Shown in pieces: positions 49,332 through 64,000 of a DNA stretch of 64,000 nt. This DNA is from Spizellomyces punctatus DAOM BR117 (lineage: Eukaryota), in the NCBI GenBank assembly GCA_000182565.2, contig KQ257458.1; one strand, written 5' to 3'. A model generated the notes under the pieces. It was not told the origin of the DNA and ran no database searches. It worked only from the letters and a program-made list of their open reading frames with translations. Every line of letters starts with the position of its first letter. Position 1 is the first letter of the stretch. The position numbers were made by a program, and so were the translations under genes.

Positions 49332-49628
49332 TGTTGGCAACTGAACAATGTACGCAGAGAAAACTAGGCGCTGCTCAGAAGTCCGTCCCCGGACAGTCAC
49401 ATAAAAACGGTGCTGTAGGACGGAGTGAAACTGGCATTGTTGAGTGCAGTAACAGATCTCGGCGAAAAGACTGTGAGCAATGATCTTCTTTTGGTCGTAA
49501 GATGTGGAATCTCATGTGAACTGTGGCCCAATACCTGCTCGTGCATATACACCGCATTCACACAATTGAAGAACTTGAAAAAAGCACTACCGGCATACAG
49601 GTATCAAATCTAACGCCCGTTACCAACA

Positions 49629-50752
<1,124 letters not shown>

Positions 50753-51793
50753 GGTTTGCAGTACGTAGAGGTTGAGAGAACAAAGAGGAAAGCCGGAAAT
50801 GGATGATTTGGTCTTGAAGAGATAACCGTGTGCCGGTGATGGATGACTGCCGTGCGTGTCAGTCAGTGGTTGCGCACATGACGCAGGGCTATAAATTTAT
50901 AATAACTTCCACAATAAAGCGACCGTGATGCTCTTGTACTTTGCAGGAACGTCTAGCTGCACCGACCCTTTTCGAATCTGCGCAGGTTATCACTCTCCAC
51001 TAGATCCAGAGTGAATAGCAAGATACTTGAATAATTGGGAATCTGTTGGGCATATGGTTCGCTTGCTACAAAGCCTCTGTAACTCGAGTGTTCAAGACTT
51101 ATAATCGACAGGTCATCAACGACTTGCACAAGTTGCAGTCCACTGCATCGAACACAAAACTCCAGGTCCAAACGATGGCAGGGTCTTGGGAGCATATTTG
51201 GCACCTGCATGTGAGTTCATTTTTGGAAATATGTTCAAAACATGACTTGCAAGCGTCCATGCCTAATGTATCGGCAATACAATATGTTACACACAATACA
51301 GTACACCCGTTTGGATTGAACCAATTGGGTCTGGGTCATGGCCAGTCCTGATAACGCTAACTACTGCTAAAGGCAAAATACTTGATGGTTGGTCTACCCA
51401 GTCAACTAGTGCGCACCACCATGAGCAAACGAAAATTAGACTGGGTAGGGATGGGATAATCACAAGTCTATTGTGGATTTGCAGTCGATCATAGCAGCAT
51501 AGTAGTGGTAGGATTGAAAGGGATCCTTGGTCATTGTTATTGTCTGGAGGGCGACGGCACCAGATCTACTCGTCATGATTGATTTGCTGAGAGGCGAGGA
51601 GTACAGAACAAGAGGAACTCACATTAACGGTGTAGGAATGGTATGGCTCGTCCTGGATCGATCACGTGCAACATGGCGTAGCGCACTTCGTAAGCTTATC
51701 AATGGCCAGGCTTCCAGCACTTGCAAGCAACTCATTTATTTACATGCTCGATACAAATGCACCAGTGCACAAGCTCTCATCACATATGTCTCT

Positions 51794-52071
51794 TCAAGGC
51801 GCCTTCTCCCAGATCTGCTCATCATCTTCCGATGTCATATTCTGAAAGATTTTCCATTTAGCACGATATCTGATGGCAGCAAACCCTCTGTACTCACCGT
51901 CAGCGTAGCCCTCGGTGGTTCCCTTTTCGGACCCTTCGAATCGTCCGCTTGCTGCATGACCGTTTCTCCAGTCGTTGTCATGTTGAACAGGTTAGGTTGG
52001 GTGTCCGCTTCACGCCGACCCATGTCCTGGGGTTTCTGGGTGGGTTGTTTTGAGGGTGCCTTTGAGGACAT
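51794..52071 (-). CDS. Small hydrophilic orphan protein (73 aa, 2 exons)
   Basis: Exon 1 52071-51898; 56-nt intron GTGAGT...TTTCAG; exon 2 NMTSEDDEQIWEKAP*. Confidence 0.5.
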
Positions 52072-52562
52072 GTCGTCTTTGCGCCGGTTCTGCTTATAAT
52101 ATTCTCTTGTTCAAATTGCTGTGTGCGAATTGATAAAAAGTATCTAGACGAAAGAGTTAACCTGTGGGCTGAAATATAAAGGCCTGAGAGCTTTGACGTC
52201 ACGAATACGCCAGAAGGCGCGGGTTCCTGTAAACGCCTGCAAAAGGTGGCATTCCCCCGTCTTTACGTGACTCTTACGGCAAGTGGGTCGCGTTAAATCA
52301 CAAGAGCATCTTGGTACGGGCTTCCAAAACGTCCCTGTAGGACGGATCATGAACCTTATCGTCTGTCAATGAAGAAGACAAAGAAACTAAAAGAACGACG
52401 ATACACAATAAAGGATAGCAAGTTCCTCACAATATCAGTACAGTATTAATCGTCCCAATATTCCCGAGGTATAACCTTGGGTATCAGTCTTCGTTTCCCC
52501 CACAGCTAGTTATCTGGAGGGAGGGAACCCTATAAAAATCTTAAAACAGACGACTGCGTGCT

Positions 52563-55500
52563 TTACATAAACTCAAACTTCGCAAAAAAGTCCACTCCAT
52601 TAGGCGCCGCCCTCGGTCTTGTAGCATTCTCGCTTTGTGTTCCCACTGCCACAGATGCAACAGATGGGACGTCTCTCGCAAGTTTTTGGTCTAGCACCGG
52701 GATGTGGATAGGCTGTTGGCGGGTTATTATAACGGTACCATCTTTTGTGCTGCTTTCTAAAGAGCTGTCGAGAGGAGGGGTACTTTTTCCTGGCCCAGAT
52801 TGAAGAAGCGTGTTTGTTGTCGGGGAAGTTGTGGAAGTTGTGGGATGAGTTAGAGATGTGAAAGTGGGTGTGGAGTGTGATTGAAACATTGCTGCTAGCT
52901 CCGGACCAGACGAGTAGATATAGTGGTTTGCTGCAAAGGAAATGGAACGTACATATTAGTTAAAAGTTGTTATGAAGATGAAACCCTCGTTTCTCGCACA
53001 CACCTAAAACGACAAGTCGCCCAAACCCCGCCTTTCACCCACCCCCATTACTCACCAAACCCCTTCCTCTGTCCTCCCAAGGATGAAGTAGACGAGCCAG
53101 GATAGCCTCGTTGCTGAGATTGGTGAGTTGATGAGGGAGACTGCGAACCACCTTTACTCCCCACGCTCGATCGCTGCATGATAGGGCTCGCCGTATAGGC
53201 TGATGGTACAGAGCTCCGCGCGGAGTGGGAATCTCGGGTCGGGACGTCGGAGCGACGTAGGGGTGAGGCCGCTGGTGAGGGGTGTGGGTTCCGCTGGTGG
53301 TGCTGATGAGGTGGACTCGATTGTGTGCCTTGTTTTTGAGCGCCTCCGTGCTCCTTACACTCCTTAATAGCGTTTAAAATTCTTTTGCGACTTCCAAACG
53401 CTTTGACCCCGATTTCCTTGAGATCAGCATCTTGGAGTAGCAAGAGAGTCGGAAAGTCAATTTCCTGCTCGATAAATATCGAAACGTAGTTTTCTAAATC
53501 TAGCGACTCGAGCAGAACCCGAATCTGGAGAAAATCCTTTGGAATCCGAGCTTCCATTTCAAAGAGCTGGGCTATCAATGCCGGTGTGAATGCCGGAGCC
53601 TGGGACGGGTCTTCGGGATCAGACACACCACTCGGTTCACCCGCCAAGTTAGATGGTCCTCTGACACCTGGCTCACGTTTTTTGGATTTCTCGTCGAGCA
53701 TACCCATGCTTCTAGACAACTTTAGTCCGCAAAACTTATCGCTTGGAACCCGAAGTGGTGGATCTGGACGTTCCGGTGCGTCAACTGGAGACAGCATCCC
53801 GGCAAAGCCTTTTAGAAGCTCAGGATCTTTGCTGGGGTCCTCCAGATCAGACGTCGTGTCAATGGGTTCGGGGCGGAAGTCTCCGCGCCTAGAAAAGGTG
53901 GTTCCTCCTGCCGCCGCCCATCGGTCCTGAGGCGCGACAGACGGATATTGACTAGGACCAAGAGAGGTTGCCGCCAAGGTCGCCGCCAAGAGGTTTGTCG
54001 TTGGTAGCATTTCGTCATTGATATCTGACCGACTTCGCTTCATATGCTGGTCGGTTCCTCCACGGGTGTAACTGACATCTTCAAATAACTGCCTCAAATT
54101 TGGGGTCGAATGTGCGAACTTAGATCCTCCGATCCCGCTGCTGACGGCGGTAATGGATTTGGTCCCACTGGTCCCAGCCAGTCCTGCGATACCTTCCGGG
54201 AAAAAGCTGCTGAATGCCATCGCAGGCGCAGGAGAGTCACCTGTCGTGACGGAAGCAATCAGCTTACTAGGGAAGTGTTGGAAGGAATCGTAGCTTCTCT
54301 GTGGTTGGAGATTGGCATAGCTTCCGGCTCGTGGCATGCCGGACTGGCGCTGTAGAGGAACTTGCTTGATGGTCAGGAACTCGAAAATCAGGGACTTTGC
54401 TTGATCGAGGGCTCCGCTATTGTTCCGATGATAGTGGAGCAAGAAACTGCATTCGGAAGGCCCGGGTCCTGGCTCCTCCGTCGGGGGCATATAGACGTAG
54501 AGATCGATGGCTAGCTCTTGTGATAGTCTCATGACGAGTTGCTGGAGATCTGTAGAGCGGACCGCATAGAACGCTGCCGTGGAACCAGGAATAGAGAACT
54601 CATAAATCTCGGGCACAAGTTCTTGTAGTCTTTGTCTGGCGATTTGCACCTGGGGTTCAGGGCCCGCGATAGTCACTTCATCCAACCCCGTTTCTTTCTC
54701 CGGAAAGTTAATCTCAACTTTGGCTACTTTGATGATATCCTGCAGGTAGCTTCCTCTGGGTCCGACCACAACTCGATGCAATTGTCGCGGAATTATCACA
54801 CTCATTGTGACCTTATTTTTCTCACCGACGCTCGTTAACTCCATGATGCTCACTCGAAGATGGTCTAAGTTTGCACTGTTTTTTGCTGGGGTACGAGCAA
54901 TGACGTTGTCCATGTTCTCAAAGTATCCACCTAATTGAGCAAACTCCTCTGCATTGGAAAATTTCACATAGACGGCGTATTTCTTCATAATACGTTGTAT
55001 GTTCTTTCCCCCCACCCCGATGATTCGCTTATGGAAGGCTTCGGGGACGTAGAAGGAGATTTCGGCTGGGAGCTCATCCTCTAAGAGCGCGAGACCCTCA
55101 ACGGCTTTCGCGGGGTAAGCATTGTACACATCAATCAACATATTGTACTCATTATAGTTTTCTTGAAAGGTGATCTTGCACCCGGATGCTTTAATGATTT
55201 TGTTAATCTTGCCATTCTTCTTGCCGTTGATGAATTCGCGGTGTTCAAGCGCAAGTTCCAACTGGAACTTCGTGTCTCTGATGGCGCCCTTTATAAAATC
55301 CAGATCGGCGACGTGCTGGTATGCGCTTTTAACAGCTGCCTCTAAGCCATAAATTTCCACAAAGTTCTTCTGGACCACCACCTCCGCTCGCGAGCTTTGG
55401 CAGATTCTTCCGAGCGCCGCGATAAAGTGGGTGATAGTTGTGGATTTGCAAGCTGCAGCTATAGTTGCCTGCGGAATAGGCGGTGCAGAAAGCTGCAGGC

Positions 55501-56795
55501 CGGCGACATAGAAGTCGCAAACCTGTAGCATATATTAGATCGCGTATGGGATCACACCTTATGATTTGAAAGTCCGGAAACTTACCATATGCATGAGGGC
55601 CCGGCACGTTCGCTCCAAGTACACCCTGTCATCTCCACTAATGGTAAGGGTGTTTACATTGCTTCCAAGTGCTGGTATACCAATGTGGGTTGCATTATCT
55701 TGCATCACTTTGCGTAAGTGGTCCTTCCTGTTCACCAGCATCCAGTCCAATTTGCGTGGCAGTGACGTGATGTGTTTGGTCATTAGCATGCTGGCCTATA
55801 TTCGCGAGCAATGAATAATGCGCAAATATCACAATACCGTAATATGTCTGTCTTACCCTCTGGGCAGCCATATGCAACAACCTCTCTTTAGCTGCGGCTA
55901 CCCCTGCCAGCTGACCAGTTATCCAGATTGTGTGGCTGTAGGCCAATACTTGTTTCGTAACTTCATGTGCCCCCGTTTCTGCGATGAAGGGAGTAGGAAG
56001 ATATACGTTGGTCATTGTATCGTGCATCACTGTCTCGAGAATGCATCGCTTGCGACCGGCTATCAAAGGGTGGAGCTTTGCTTCGATCTCGACCGGCTCG
56101 CAATGTAGACCGGCCTAAAGGAAAGAGGGTCAGACAAAGGATGAGAAAAATTACAATGCTGGGAGGGACCCTACCATCTCATCTAACAGAACCAATGTCT
56201 GCATCCGGGCCATTTCGACATCTTCCCAATGGCCCACGATTTCCACGTCCATGCTCTCCGAAGAAAGCCCAGGCGGGGGTTTCACACTTTCATAGTTTTG
56301 ACCTACGCAAGTGATTTGTGTACGCGATGAATGCATGATGTTGTCCAGTTTGCGCTTGACGGTAATTTTCATTTCATCGTTGTCGTTCAGAATGATTTTG
56401 CGACTTGCTTTAACGGTGATCATAGTCTGCAACACAAAAGTTTAGCGAACTATCCTCTGGCACCCCAAATGAAAACGTACCTGAGTGGGAATCCTCTTCA
56501 GCATTACGGCACGTGCTGCCAACACACTGGCAAACGGACCCATGATATTGACGCTTAGATTGATTTCGCACGGCCCTTGCTGTCGGTTCAAGATCGACTC
56601 GGGTGTGGCAAATGTTATGTGACATCCATGTGCGCTGCCTGTCTCCTCGCAAAGCACCCGTACACGATCGCACACCTGGGCTAGAACATTCGTGGTTCCA
56701 GATTCTATGCCATCATACGTCGTAACCGGGTAAGGAAAAGAGACCGAGACGACCGGAGAGGTTTGCGCCGAAGATAATTGCTGGGGTTGTTCCAT
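52563..56795 (-). CDS. Multi-KH-domain RNA-binding protein with C-terminal SAM domain (Bicaudal-C/Mug60-like)
   Basis: KH motifs HREFINGKKNGKINKI, HKRIIGVGGKNIQRI, HRVVVGPRGSYL; SAM LLESLDLENYVSIFIEQEIDFPTLLLLQDADLKEIGVKAFGSRKRILNAI. Intron 53055-52931 joins the 52563-52889 ORF in frame. Confidence 0.88.
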
Positions 56796-57707
56796 GCTTA
56801 TGGAAGGCCAAGAGAGGCAGGCCTAAGGGATGGGTGGGACGTGGTATGTGGACCTTCGATTTCACAACAATCTACTGTCGGCGGATACACTACAGAATAA
56901 ATCTCTAATGAGCCAACCAAGTAGAGACGATGACAAGCAAGGGGAAGGTTGGGTGTGTGAATCTCCACACCTGTACAAGCGCGGATCATGAGAGAGAATA
57001 GTTTCGGGGTGTAAATGCTCTCTATGTTGCGTGCCCTGAAAAGACGGGTTGAGGGGGAAAGGATATGGACCATTGTTTTGTCCGTCGTCATAAATAGCAA
57101 CAACCAATTGAAAGTGCAGCGCGAAATCCTCGAGTTGCATACTACGAGGCCCTATCCCCCATCAGCCTTGAATAGGCATATACATATATTTTATATATAG
57201 CAACACATCCCCCATTTAATCTGGTCTTGCTGTTATCAAACAACACTGGTAACAAGTTCTGCATTCTCCGTCTCCCACTACACTCAGTAACAACGAAGGA
57301 AGGCATAGATGATTTTAAGCAGAATCAAATGGGCTGGAAGAATTATAAAGAGGAACTATGCAGACTATTTATCTTGGTTGATGACTTGCAAGGACGAACA
57401 TTGTCCGCATGCAATCTTCAGATTGTGAGGTCTGAGCTTCGCCCATTGCGGTATCACGTAATCTCAGTGAGCACGTGACTTTCCACCATCATCATGCAGC
57501 CGGGATGAACAACGAGTATACGGTTCCAGTCCACGGCGGACGGTAACAAGTTTCTCTTCTTATTCTTCCATTGTACGTTGCTTGTACAGATATCTATCCA
57601 TTTGCATGTATGTGGGCTTTGTAACACGCGGCAGCACTAAAAGCCTGCGAGGTTAAGCCAGAGCGTGCTGATCACCGTGGAGCTGGGTTATCGGTTCACC
57701 GACAACT

Positions 57708-64000
<6,293 letters not shown>

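Noticed and set aside
50953-51351. Short Cys-rich ORFs upstream of Rab7
   Set aside because: No consistent splice structure or known motif; likely chance ORFs.

Overview
Gene-dense eukaryotic DNA with short GT-AG introns and CTRAY branch sites. The proteins are fungal-type; an early-diverging, probably chytrid-like fungus is inferred. The conserved backbone, in order, is: B-type cyclin, mitochondrial-type DEAD-box helicase, DUF5102/Laa2-like adaptor, Mei2-like RRM protein, MIX23, DUF5522 protein, the giant HECT ligase TOM1/HUWE1, then MMS19, a Yap-like bZIP, a Trf4-like nucleotidyltransferase, Rab7, a small orphan gene, a multi-KH + SAM (Bicaudal-C-like) protein and INO80 (cut off by the window end). 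A ~16 kb accessory island lies between the TOM1 start (25338) and the MMS19 stop (41238). Its left part is a compact, apparently intronless module that looks foreign: a decayed ORF whose five stops are all TGA, a ~4.4 kb gene for a large protein with an unknown N-terminal domain and a C-terminal SF2 (DEVH) helicase reminiscent of giant-virus genes, and a small convergent ORF. Its right part is a nest of LTR retrotransposons (copia > gypsy > copia + solo LTR with TSD, plus an inverted copia relic) in which CpG loss tracks nesting order. The gypsy element is almost CpG-free yet keeps its conserved arginines as AGR codons. Exon boundaries were read by eye, no database searches were run, and two N gaps lie inside the island.
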